64,000 nt of DNA from Candidatus Poseidoniales archaeon (lineage in GTDB: Archaea; Thermoplasmatota; Poseidoniia; Poseidoniales; Poseidoniaceae). The stretch is from assembly GCA_038116375.1 (NCBI GenBank), contig JAYNUQ010000002.1, forward strand, positions 26,766 to 90,765, written 5' to 3'. Under the pieces are notes generated by a model. That model ran no database searches. It was not told the DNA's origin and was given only the letters and a program-made list of their open reading frames with translations. Position 1 is the first letter of the stretch; every line of letters starts with the position of its first letter. Positions 45,980 to 55,063 of this stretch are shown one piece after another. A program made the translations under genes and the position numbers.

Positions 45980-46936
45980 TCAAACCAGGTCGGTGTATTC
46001 TTTCGGTGCTCGTGCTTGTACGACGGTCCTGTAAACACCATAGATTGCCCACAGAGTGAGCATACCTGCGACCAAAGCGTAACCCCACGGTTCGTTGTTG
46101 TCAACCAGATACGCAAAGAGAACGGCTAATCCCGCAGCCACGGTCCCACGACGGAGTCCCTGTGGGACGGCGATGCTCCTGTCAAGGTGGGTTGGTCCAC
46201 CTCCGAATCGTCGCTCGTAGAACTCGCCTTGAATCACGGCGGCAACGATGATGAGTGAGAGCGTTGTCCAGTAATACAGATTTCCATTTGTGAAGAACTC
46301 GTGTGCGATGCCCTCTTGGCGTTCTGCTTCAACCGCTTCGGGGTCTTCTTCTGCGACGAAGAGGGAATCGTAATCACCCACGCTGATGGTTCGCAGTGAT
46401 ACATCTTCATCGGTTGCAATTTCGGTTGCGCCGGGTGCGCTGACGGTGAAGGTGAGAATGTTCCACTTATCGCCCTCATCGAAGTTGCCATTACCGTTCA
46501 CAGCGTTTCCAACAAGTTGGAAATTCGCTGGACCTGCATCTTCTGCGGGGGCCGTCCATTGAACGGTCCAGTCGTTGCCGGGTTCGGACTGTGAGAGTGC
46601 GCCTGGTTTGTCAGCAACGGTTTGGCTGCCTTCGCCAGGAGTGAGGGTACCGATGTCTCCGTCCCAGAACAGGAAGCCTCCCCCATCGTTGGAGGCGTGC
46701 TGCAAGCTGATCACGAATTCGTAGGTTTCGCTGAGATTGTAAGCTCGGGGCACGCCGGATACGGATACGACAACCTCAGTGGACGGAGCACCGCCTCCGT
46801 GGCAGGTGCATCCTTGCTCGATAACCAAGTTTCCACCGTTGTCCCAAGGTGGGCCGTTCGGGTTTCCAAGGACGGGTGCGACGAGCATGAGGGTGAGAAT
46901 ACTCATGAGGGTGATGTTTCGGATGTTGCGTCGCAT
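45980..46936 (-). CDS. RR-signal secreted beta-rich domain protein with a C-terminal membrane anchor (Reeler/DOMON-like pattern; function unknown)
   Basis: The ATG at 46936 lies 4-5 nt after AGGTGA and gives MRRNIRNITLMSILTLMLVAPVLG, which is a twin-Arg n-region followed by an h-region. The mature domain has GCTCHGGG and a G/N-rich beta pattern (GNAVNGNGNFDEGDKW). There are three C-terminal TM helices. The longer ORF-track start (47011) overlaps the pntB stop as ATGA. Confidence 0.6.
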   Translation of the reverse strand: MRRNIRNITLMSILTLMLVAPVLGNPNGPPWDNGGNLVIEQGCTCHGGGAPSTEVVVSVSGVPRAYNLSETYEFVISLQHASNDGGGFLFWDGDIGTLTPGEGSQTVADKPGALSQSEPGNDWTVQWTAPAEDAGPANFQLVGNAVNGNGNFDEGDKWNILTFTVSAPGATEIATDEDVSLRTISVGDYDSLFVAEEDPEAVEAERQEGIAHEFFTNGNLYYWTTLSLIIVAAVIQGEFYERRFGGGPTHLDRSIAVPQGLRRGTVAAGLAVLFAYLVDNNEPWGYALVAGMLTLWAIYGVYRTVVQARAPKEYTDLV

Positions 46937-47007
46937 GAACTCACCTAATTTTTCCACTCGGCCCCGCTCTTTGAATGTTGCTTCATCACCAAGGTGAATT
47001 CTTTGAA

Positions 47008-48429
47008 TCAAATTTCCTTGATGGCGTTGTTTAATCCCGTCATCATGGCTTTTCCGTCGCCAAAGAGCATCATGGTTTTGTCCATGTAAAACAGGTCGTT
47101 GTCAACGCCAGCATAACCAACCGACAGCGAACGCTTGATGATGACCACGGTTCGGGCTTGGTCGGCATCGATGATGGGCATACCGGCAAGGGGGCCTTCC
47201 CCTGTGCGTGCGGCTGGGTTGCAGGTGTCGTTTGCACCGATGATAACGGCAACGTCGCACTCAGGGAACTCAGGATTGATTTCGTCCATTTCAATGAGTT
47301 GTTCGTAAGGAACGTTTGCCTCGGCAAGCAGGACGTTCATGTGGCCTGGCATGCGTCCAGCGACGGGATGGATGGCGTACTTGACCTCGGTGTCGAACTT
47401 TTCCTCAAGGAGGTCACCGAACTCTTTCACTTGATGCTGGCATTGTGAGACAGCCATACCGTAGCCTGGTACGATGATAACTTTCTGAGCACCGTCCACC
47501 ATCATGGCGACCTCGTCGGGGTCGGATCCGACCTTGGTTCGTGTCACGGTTTCTTTGGTGCTTCCACCAAACGACTTGAACAAGACGTCCGGCAGGGTTC
47601 TGTTCATGGCTTTGCACATGATGAAGGTCAAAATCAAACCAGAGGCACCCACGAGGGAACCTGCAACGATCAGTACCGGGTTGCTGATGATGAAGCCCGT
47701 AAACGCTGCCGCAATGCCGGAAAGCGAGTTGAGCAGGGACACCACGACGGGCATGTCTGCGCCACCAATTGGAAGCACCAGGACGATGCCGAGAAGGCAA
47801 GAAATGCCGATGATGGCCCAGAGGTAGTCGGTGTTGGTGGGTTCGTTGATGGAGAGAACGATGAGGGCCAGGACACTGAGGCTGAGCAGGACCTTTACCG
47901 GGTTGAGCCACGTTGGACCCCATGTGGGTGTGCTGAACCACTTTCCGAAGATCTCTACGCCGCCCTTCAGTTTGAACATCGCCAAGAGCGAACCGGTCAG
48001 CGTCATCCACCCAACGAGAGCAGACAAACCAGCAGCAACGACGATCACCTGCAAGGCAATGCCCGTTGGCAATGTGAGTGTTGGATCCTCAATGTACTTC
48101 CATGTTTCAGAGAGCGCCACAAGAGCCGATGCCGCACCGCCAAATCCGTTGAACAAGGCGACAAGTTCAGGCATGCCCGTCATCTCTACCTTGATGGCCA
48201 TGATGGCACCGATGATGGAACCGACGAGAAGTCCAGCGATGATGAGTTCCCAGTTCAATCCGCCGGCCGAGAGTTGCATGTCGATAACGGTCGTTATGAC
48301 AGCAACGAGCATACCCATGGCCCCGTATTGGTTGCCAAGAGGGGCGGTTCGTGGGTGGCCCAGTTTCTTCAAACCGAAAATGAACAAGGCCGCAGAAAGC
48401 AGGTAGCCGAGAGGAATCCAAGCTTCCAT
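47008..48429 (-). CDS. pntB: NAD(P) transhydrogenase subunit beta
   Basis: The protein is polytopic at the N-terminus. The dIII domain carries VIIVPGYGMAVSQCQH, HPVAGRMPGHMNVLLAEA and IGANDTCNPAA. I chose the start MEAWIPLGY, which lies 8 nt after AGGAGGG. Confidence 0.9.
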   Translation of the reverse strand: MEAWIPLGYLLSAALFIFGLKKLGHPRTAPLGNQYGAMGMLVAVITTVIDMQLSAGGLNWELIIAGLLVGSIIGAIMAIKVEMTGMPELVALFNGFGGAASALVALSETWKYIEDPTLTLPTGIALQVIVVAAGLSALVGWMTLTGSLLAMFKLKGGVEIFGKWFSTPTWGPTWLNPVKVLLSLSVLALIVLSINEPTNTDYLWAIIGISCLLGIVLVLPIGGADMPVVVSLLNSLSGIAAAFTGFIISNPVLIVAGSLVGASGLILTFIMCKAMNRTLPDVLFKSFGGSTKETVTRTKVGSDPDEVAMMVDGAQKVIIVPGYGMAVSQCQHQVKEFGDLLEEKFDTEVKYAIHPVAGRMPGHMNVLLAEANVPYEQLIEMDEINPEFPECDVAVIIGANDTCNPAARTGEGPLAGMPIIDADQARTVVIIKRSLSVGYAGVDNDLFYMDKTMMLFGDGKAMMTGLNNAIKEI

Positions 48430-48430
48430 C

Positions 48431-48742
48431 TCAAGCCCTCCTGTTCTTGCCTGCAATCATGTTGAGCATTCTGTTGGTGACGGCAAATCCACCGACGACG
48501 TTGATCATGGCCAAGACCAGTGCAACAAAGGCCAACAGTCCTGAGACGAGCGTATCTCCGCCTTGGTAGGCAACGTTCGCACCCAGGAGGGCTCCAACAA
48601 CGCTGATTCCTGAAATCGCATTGGCACCGCTCATGAGCGGCGTGTGGAGGGTCGCAGGCACTTTTGTAATGAGCTCGAAACCGAGGAAAATGGCGAGCAT
48701 GAACAAGGTCAAATTTGCAATTAACGAAGCTTCTGTAATCAT
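48431..48742 (-). CDS. pntA: NAD(P) transhydrogenase subunit alpha part 2 (membrane)
   Basis: This 103-aa three-TM protein lies between pntAA and pntB. The segments TPLMSGANAISGI and GGFAVTNRML are typical of the family. Its start overlaps the pntAA stop by 4 nt. Confidence 0.85.
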   Translation of the reverse strand: MITEASLIANLTLFMLAIFLGFELITKVPATLHTPLMSGANAISGISVVGALLGANVAYQGGDTLVSGLLAFVALVLAMINVVGGFAVTNRMLNMIAGKNRRA

Positions 48743-49908
48743 TCAATCACCCCAGCGAGGCGGGTCTGCTTTGGATGGATGGCTCCGTCTTTACAGATGA
48801 GGACGCCTCCCATGCCGTTCACGTAGAAATCCGAGCCTTCGGGCGCACCAACGAGGATGTCGTCTTCGTCTGAAATCACCACCGTCCCGGATTCTTTGTC
48901 CACCAATGAGGTGAAGAAGGTCGTCAGGTTGTTCGAGTAGAGCATGGATGCTGTGTTGGCGAGCGTTCCCGGAAGGTTTGAGGTTCCCACGATGATGACG
49001 CCGTTGTCCGTCGTTATGACTTCCCCCTGGACGGTGTTCTCGCAATTTCCACCAACATCTGCATTCATATCAACCACAACCGCTCCCGATTTGAAGGCAG
49101 AGACGGCGCTTGACGGTACCGTTATGGGTGCAGGTCGCCCGAAGATGCGTGCGGTCGTGACGATGATATCGGCATCGGCTGCCACGCCACAGACCGTATC
49201 GTTCACCTTCTGAATGAATTCAGGCGTGAGCGGCTTGGCATAGCCAGATTCGTCCTCGAAGTCGTCCATGCCGTCAACTTCGATGAAACGTCCACCAACG
49301 GATTCAATTTGTTCGGCAGCGGATTTTCGAACATCGGATGCGTAAACAACAGCGCCCAGACGCTTGGCGGTGGCGATGGCTTGCAAGCCGGCCACCCCGC
49401 TGCCCATGATGACGACTTTTGCAGGTCGTATGGTGCCAGCAGAGGTGGTCATCATTGGAATCCCCTTGGGCACATGTGCTGCACCCAACAACACCGCTTT
49501 GTAGCCAGCGAGGTTGTCTTGGCTGGAGTTCACGTCCATGGATTGAGCCCTCGACAGACGCCGTGGAATCATGTCCATCGACAGAAGCGTGATGTTTGCG
49601 TCCATGCATGCTTTCACGTCTTCGGGATGACGGAAGGGGTCGGAGACGCATGCAAGGTTGGTTCCTGCTGCAATACCTTCAACGCCTGGAAAACGAATGC
49701 ATACGATGTTGCCGCAAGCCAAGGCTTCGGAACGGTCAACGATGTGGGCACCTGCGTCGGTGTAGTCTTGATCGTGGTAGTTGGCTGCAAGGCCTGCACC
49801 GGATTCTATGAAGACCTCAAATCCAGCCCGTGTGAGTTTCTTCATGCTTGAGGGCACGATGCCTACACGCGTTTCACCTTCGGGCTCTTTTGGGACACCA
49901 AGTTTCAT
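48739..49908 (-). CDS. pntA: NAD(P) transhydrogenase subunit alpha part 1 (dI)
   Basis: The N-terminus is MKLGVPKEPEGETRVGIVP and the Rossmann segment is VVIMGSGVAGLQAIATAKRLGA, in an alanine dehydrogenase/PNT fold. Confidence 0.9.
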   Translation of the reverse strand: MKLGVPKEPEGETRVGIVPSSMKKLTRAGFEVFIESGAGLAANYHDQDYTDAGAHIVDRSEALACGNIVCIRFPGVEGIAAGTNLACVSDPFRHPEDVKACMDANITLLSMDMIPRRLSRAQSMDVNSSQDNLAGYKAVLLGAAHVPKGIPMMTTSAGTIRPAKVVIMGSGVAGLQAIATAKRLGAVVYASDVRKSAAEQIESVGGRFIEVDGMDDFEDESGYAKPLTPEFIQKVNDTVCGVAADADIIVTTARIFGRPAPITVPSSAVSAFKSGAVVVDMNADVGGNCENTVQGEVITTDNGVIIVGTSNLPGTLANTASMLYSNNLTTFFTSLVDKESGTVVISDEDDILVGAPEGSDFYVNGMGGVLICKDGAIHPKQTRLAGVIE

Positions 49909-50093
49909 CCGTTCACCTGCCGACAGCACCACCGAAAGGGTAGGTGCAAATCGTCCACATGAAGGAGGTTTTTAGATGCCACGCCTTGAATCGCTGCGGT
50001 CGCCTTTTCAGGAACCGAAAGAACGCCTCCAAACGGACTCACCATTTGACTTATGGACTGGGCACAACAGGTCAGAGCAAGAAGGTGAGAATC

Positions 50094-51032
50094 ATGGCGA
50101 GCGGACGACGAAAAATTGCGGTTATTGGGGCAGGAAATGTTGGAGCCACGTGCGCATTTGTTCTCGCACAGATGAAAATTGCCGACATCGTGTTGCTCGA
50201 TATTTACGAAGGGTTTGCGAAAGGCAAGGCACTGGACATGTCCCAAAATGCAAACGTCCTCAACTACAACGGCACCATCACCGGGACATCCGATTACAAC
50301 GACATCGCAGGTGCAGAGGTGGTGGTTGTCACCTCTGGTTTTCCGAGGCAACCCGGCATGACTCGGGAAGACTTGATCGGTAAAAATGCCGATATTGTTT
50401 CCCAAGTTGGTGCAGGCATCAAAGAACACGCACCGTCTTCTGTCGTGATTGTGGTGACCAATCCTCTTGACCTCATGACCTATCACATGCAGAAAGTCAC
50501 AGGCTTCCCTGCTGAACGGGTCATTGGCCAAGCAGGTGTACTTGACAGCGCCCGCATGGCACACTTTATCGCTCTGGAGTTGAACTGTGCCGAAGAAGAT
50601 GTTTCGCCAATGGTGCTTGGTGGCCACGGTGATACGATGGTTCCGTTGCCGCGCTACACCACGGTTGGTGGAATTCCCATAACGCAACTCATGTCCCAGG
50701 ACCGAATTGACGCCATCAGCGCCAGGACCGCGGGTGGCGGCGGTGAAATCGTCAAACTTCTCGAACGAGGTTCAGCTTTCTATGCGCCAGGATCTGCTGC
50801 TGCCGTGATGGCAGAATCCGTCCTCAACGATCGTCGCAGACTCATTCCAGCATCGTGCTTGTTGACAGGTCAGTACGGTCTTTCCGATGTCTACATTGGT
50901 GTTCCGTGCATCATTGGCTCAAGCGGAGTTGAGCAGATTTTTGAACTCGATTTGAGCGAGGAAGAATTGGGTTCCCTCCAAGGCTCAGGAGAATTCTACA
51001 AGGGCCAGTTGAAAGATGTTCTCGGCTACTGA
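50094..51032 (+). CDS. mdh: malate dehydrogenase (LDH-like family)
   Basis: KIAVIGAGNVGATCAF, PRQPGMTREDL and LGGHGDTMVPL are present. I chose the start MASGRRK at 50094, preceded by AGGTGA. The ORF-track start at 49944 is an open extension. Confidence 0.9.
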   Translation: MASGRRKIAVIGAGNVGATCAFVLAQMKIADIVLLDIYEGFAKGKALDMSQNANVLNYNGTITGTSDYNDIAGAEVVVVTSGFPRQPGMTREDLIGKNADIVSQVGAGIKEHAPSSVVIVVTNPLDLMTYHMQKVTGFPAERVIGQAGVLDSARMAHFIALELNCAEEDVSPMVLGGHGDTMVPLPRYTTVGGIPITQLMSQDRIDAISARTAGGGGEIVKLLERGSAFYAPGSAAAVMAESVLNDRRRLIPASCLLTGQYGLSDVYIGVPCIIGSSGVEQIFELDLSEEELGSLQGSGEFYKGQLKDVLGY

Positions 51033-51679
51033 ATTCGTTCAATGCAAAGGCTCTGTTCTCGACCTGCGGTCGTTGCTCCGTTGACTGGATTGTCCCGGAC
51101 AACCAGGCGATGCCCTTGTTTTCCTCGACTTCGCATTCGGGTTAAGACTTCTTGACCAACATAACATCCTTTCTGGGGATGAACGATGTCATCGAGGCCG
51201 CACGCAAGGGGATGCACGCTGCTCGTGATTTCGTATCCGTGGTACGGCAGACGATGTTTAATCCGATATTCGTTCCATTCATCTGCCGTCCATGACGCTT
51301 TCCAATGATGCCGTATGGGCACGATGTACACCGTTCCAAAATAGGAGGTGTGGACCGTGACATCGGGTGGTAAGTCATCCTCGCCATTCCCGATGAAGAC
51401 ATCGTTGAGTGCACTGATGTCGCTCATGGTAATCGGCCGCCCCAATATGCGTTGGGAAAGATGTTCCACAAGCGATTCCTTGTGGTCGTGGAACCCGACG
51501 AGGGCCACGTTTTCTCCCACTGGAATAACCTCGCAAACATCGATGATTTTTGCCGCCCTGTTGGTGAAGGCCGTCGTGCAGGGGCCATCGACAAGGTTGG
51601 TCGATAATCCGTCCAAAAAAGGAAGAAGTTCTGGCCCTTGGAGGAGGAGGATGGAGGCCCTGTGGCGTGCCATACCCAT
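51026..51679 (-). CDS. YgfZ/GcvT-like folate-binding protein
   Basis: The signature KGCYVGQEVLTRMRSRGK (KGCYxGQE) is present and the protein is 217 aa. The gene lies next to an IscA-type gene. Confidence 0.7.
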   Translation of the reverse strand: MGMARHRASILLLQGPELLPFLDGLSTNLVDGPCTTAFTNRAAKIIDVCEVIPVGENVALVGFHDHKESLVEHLSQRILGRPITMSDISALNDVFIGNGEDDLPPDVTVHTSYFGTVYIVPIRHHWKASWTADEWNEYRIKHRLPYHGYEITSSVHPLACGLDDIVHPQKGCYVGQEVLTRMRSRGKQGHRLVVRDNPVNGATTAGREQSLCIERIQ

Positions 51680-51688
51680 GGAGGGGCC

Positions 51689-52069
51689 TCAAGCGAACGA
51701 TTCGCCACATCCACACGAGGAACTGGCATTGGGGTTGTTGATTTTGAAGCCACCTCCCATGAGGCGGTCGACATAATCAATTTCGATGCCGTTCAGCAGG
51801 TGGCTGGATGCTGATGGGACAAGGACTCTGAACCCATTGATGGTCAACTCTTGGCATGGCGTTTCCGTAGATTCAACGATTTGGAGGTCGTACATGTAGC
51901 CCGAGCATCCGCCGCTGAGCACGCCAACCAAAAGCGCATGACTTCGGTCGTCTCCGAAGGCATCTTCAAGCATTGATGTGGCCTTATCGGTCAGGGTGAG
52001 GTTCACGTCAACCTCCTCGGGGACGTGAACTTGGAGTGGTGTTGCCGATTCGCATGTGCCGCAGTCCAT
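51689..52069 (-). CDS. iron-sulfur cluster insertion/assembly protein (IscA/ErpA/HesB family)
   Basis: SGGCSGYMYDL and the C-terminal CGCGESF are present. Confidence 0.85.
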   Translation of the reverse strand: MDCGTCESATPLQVHVPEEVDVNLTLTDKATSMLEDAFGDDRSHALLVGVLSGGCSGYMYDLQIVESTETPCQELTINGFRVLVPSASSHLLNGIEIDYVDRLMGGGFKINNPNASSSCGCGESFA

Positions 52070-52120
52070 GATATCTCCACTTCCCCACCGTTTTTGAAGT
52101 TGACCACGAATCCTGAGTTA

Positions 52121-54439
52121 TCAGCGTTTTTTCCGCTTCTTATCCATGGCTTTCTGAAGGATATTGCACCGACGTATCTGGTCCTTTGCCCTCCGCTTTG
52201 CCTCTTCGCTCAGTCCGCGTGGAATGGATTGCTCAAAGCACTTAATGGCGTCCTTGTATCGTTCCATTTCTGCATATGCAGTTCCCATGTTGTAGAGCGT
52301 TTCACCACGCACCTCTGTTGGACGAATCAGCATGGCCTGATGATAGGACTCGACACACTTGGGGTATTCTTCAAGGAAATAGTAAGCGTTGCCACGATTG
52401 TTCAGGATACGAATAATCATTGCATCATCTCCTGCAAACGCTGGTAAAGCACGATCAAAACATGAAAGGGCCTCTCGATATTTCTTGTCTTCAATGAGTT
52501 GAACACCTTGGTTGAACCACGCCACATCTTGGTTTGCGATGGCGCGTGAGGTGGTTGACTGCGGTGTATTCACGGCAACGGTTTGAGCTGCGTCCAGCGC
52601 GGCCTTTGCCAAATCCACCTCTGGATGTTCAGCAGGAGATTCAGCGACGGGGGTGGTCTCCAGTGGGGTGAGGAGAACGTTCGGATCAACCGTGGGGGTG
52701 AACCCTATGTCTACAGAGGCAGGTTCGGGCTCAACGGGCACAGGTTCGGGAGCAGATACTGCAGCAGGTTCCGTTTCCATGACTGGTTGGAGGAGGTCGA
52801 CTTGGGCCGCTGTGGGTGGGGTGCCGCCCATGCTCGTGGCTTTTGCATGGCATTTTTCAGCCGTCTCGTAATCCCCCGCCTGCTCGAGCGAGCGGGCAAG
52901 ACCCGTCCAGTGAGAGGCCATATTCGGCTCTTGTTGAATCATGGCTTTCCACATCAGAACGGCATCGCTGTGTTGTTGACTCAATGAGAGGGCTGTAGCC
53001 CGTTGTGCTGACGCCTCGTCGCCCATGAGGCCGAGCGCTTCTTTGGCCATTTCTGGACCGGCAGGGAGCGTTGGTGGTAAGCCAGAAACGTGGTCCATGA
53101 CGTTGCTTTCACCTTGGGCAAGTTGGAGGAGCATCTGGATGAATTCATGCTTGATATCGTGGCCTTCATTCATCCGTAGCAAGACTCGAGCGGCGTCCAT
53201 GAAGGCTTCCAGAAGCCCTTCATCCCTTGCGAGTGATGCCCACTTTTCTCCTGCTTTGACGTAGGATTCATCCGCTTCGATGGAACGCTTGTAACTGCTG
53301 ATGGCCTCCTGGTGCATTCCTGTTCGTTGTTGCACAGAGCCCAAATTGAACCAACCAGGAGCGTGACTCGGCTCAAGATTTTGAGCGTGTGTCATGGCGG
53401 CAATGGCGTGGTTGTCAAGCTCAAGACGAGCCATGGCGCCGCCAGCGATTCTCCACGCGCCAGCGTGTTGTGCACCGATGGTTTTGAGATGCGGCTTGAG
53501 CAAGGCCAACGCTTCTTTTGCATTTCCATCCTTGATGAAGGCAGTCGCTTGTTCAACCAGTGCCTCGATATCAACGTCTGGTTCTTTTTCGATTTCTGGC
53601 TCCGGAGCCGGTTCAGGTTCAGGTTCCGTTATTCGAATGATTTCTTGTTGGGCAACAACAACTTCTGCCGCACTTTGGAGTTCCTCAACCGTCAACGTAG
53701 CATCTTCGTCATGGTCGTGGTAAACGGCTTCTTGGAGCAAGTCCTCAGGGTTCTCAATCCCTGCTTCTTCAGCAACTTCCTCCACGATTTTCATGTCAAC
53801 GTCCTGCGTTACCTCAACAGTGGGTTGCATTGCTTCCATTGAGACAGAAATCCCACTGTTCTTACATCGCTCCTTCAACTGCACGAGGGCGGGGTGACCC
53901 GGAAAGAATCCGAGCGCTTTTTCTGCCGTAGCGTATGCGCCTTCAAGGTCGCCAATTCGTTCCAAAAGAATGGCCAGATTCGCCGTTGCTGGGGCATGTT
54001 GATCGTTAAGATCGAGACAGATTTGGAACGATTGTCGCGCCCCCCTCGCATCTTGTTGGGCTTCGAGCAGAACGCCTCGATTAAACCAGGCCATGTCGCA
54101 CGACGGGTCAAGCGCAATCGCTTTGTTGAAAGCCGCCAAAGCCCCTTTGACATCGTTTCGACGGCTTCGTTCTTCTCCGACCGTGAGCAAGACGCCAACC
54201 ATTTCTTCAGGATTTTCAACATCATCGAGTTCGGGCACCTGGTCATGTGGTTGTGCGAGAGGGGATTCATTCTCCTCAGATTTGACGGGTTCATCCACGT
54301 TTTCGACAGCCTCAATGGCGTCACTGACCGATGCCAAAGCGACATCCTCAATGGCGGCGTCCCCGCCGTCTTCTGGGCTGATGACGTGGTCGTCTTCATC
54401 CGTCACGCTATCACCGATTTGCAACCAATGCTGAGACAA
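52121..54439 (-). CDS. TPR-repeat protein with an acidic N-terminus
   Basis: The 772-aa protein has many 34-residue TPR-like units (..ALAAFNKAIALDPSCDMAWFNRGVLLE.., ..EAISSYKRSIEADESYVKA.., ..DAIKCFEQSI..). Confidence 0.75.
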   Translation of the reverse strand: MSQHWLQIGDSVTDEDDHVISPEDGGDAAIEDVALASVSDAIEAVENVDEPVKSEENESPLAQPHDQVPELDDVENPEEMVGVLLTVGEERSRRNDVKGALAAFNKAIALDPSCDMAWFNRGVLLEAQQDARGARQSFQICLDLNDQHAPATANLAILLERIGDLEGAYATAEKALGFFPGHPALVQLKERCKNSGISVSMEAMQPTVEVTQDVDMKIVEEVAEEAGIENPEDLLQEAVYHDHDEDATLTVEELQSAAEVVVAQQEIIRITEPEPEPAPEPEIEKEPDVDIEALVEQATAFIKDGNAKEALALLKPHLKTIGAQHAGAWRIAGGAMARLELDNHAIAAMTHAQNLEPSHAPGWFNLGSVQQRTGMHQEAISSYKRSIEADESYVKAGEKWASLARDEGLLEAFMDAARVLLRMNEGHDIKHEFIQMLLQLAQGESNVMDHVSGLPPTLPAGPEMAKEALGLMGDEASAQRATALSLSQQHSDAVLMWKAMIQQEPNMASHWTGLARSLEQAGDYETAEKCHAKATSMGGTPPTAAQVDLLQPVMETEPAAVSAPEPVPVEPEPASVDIGFTPTVDPNVLLTPLETTPVAESPAEHPEVDLAKAALDAAQTVAVNTPQSTTSRAIANQDVAWFNQGVQLIEDKKYREALSCFDRALPAFAGDDAMIIRILNNRGNAYYFLEEYPKCVESYHQAMLIRPTEVRGETLYNMGTAYAEMERYKDAIKCFEQSIPRGLSEEAKRRAKDQIRRCNILQKAMDKKRKKR

Positions 54440-54512
54440 TCATAAGCGTTGCTTCTTGTTGGACATGAGTTCAAACCCTACATTCAAGGGCCGCTGCAGG
54501 TTGGAAAGGACC

Positions 54513-55061
54513 ATGGGAACCCCTCCTCTCAAAATCCTGGGTCTTGCTGGCGAATACAGATCGACATCCAAATCCGGTATGCTGGTCAACGCAGCGCTCA
54601 AACACGCTGAGGCTCGAGGGGCTGAAGTGGTTTTTTGGGACCTTGCAGAGAAACCGCTTCCTCTCGTGGGTGAAGAGGGTTGCTGGTCGCACCCAAACGT
54701 AAAGGAATTTCAGGCCCTCCTCGAGCAATGCGATGCTTTTTTCCTCTCATCTCCTGAATACCACGGCACGATGTCGGGTGTGATGAAGAACACGATGGAT
54801 TGGATGTATGACAAACACGTAGGAGGCAAAGTGTTTGGCCTCATGTCAACGCTTGGAGGCGTCACCAACGCCAACACGCTCAACCACATGAGAATCGCTT
54901 TGAGATGGCTGCATGGTTGGCCCGTGCCCGAGCAAATGGCCGTGGGTCACGTCAAAGAGGCGTTTGATGAAAAGGGTGAGTTGGTGGATGAAAACTTGAC
55001 ACAGCGCCTTGAATCCCTGGTAGAATCGGTGTTGGCGGCAGCGGAAAAATTGAGTGCATAA
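54513..55061 (+). CDS. NAD(P)H-dependent FMN reductase family protein
   Basis: KILGLAGEYRSTSKSG and SSPEYHGTMSGVMKNTMDW are present. I chose the start MGTPPLK at 54513. Confidence 0.75.
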   Translation: MGTPPLKILGLAGEYRSTSKSGMLVNAALKHAEARGAEVVFWDLAEKPLPLVGEEGCWSHPNVKEFQALLEQCDAFFLSSPEYHGTMSGVMKNTMDWMYDKHVGGKVFGLMSTLGGVTNANTLNHMRIALRWLHGWPVPEQMAVGHVKEAFDEKGELVDENLTQRLESLVESVLAAAEKLSA

Positions 55062-55063
55062 CC

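Noticed and set aside
46780-46800. A possible c-type heme-binding site in the 319-aa RR-signal protein (GCTCHG).
   Set aside because: The motif is C-x-C-H, not CXXCH or any known CXnCH variant. It therefore cannot be called a cytochrome c site, despite the CcmE gene 8 kb away.
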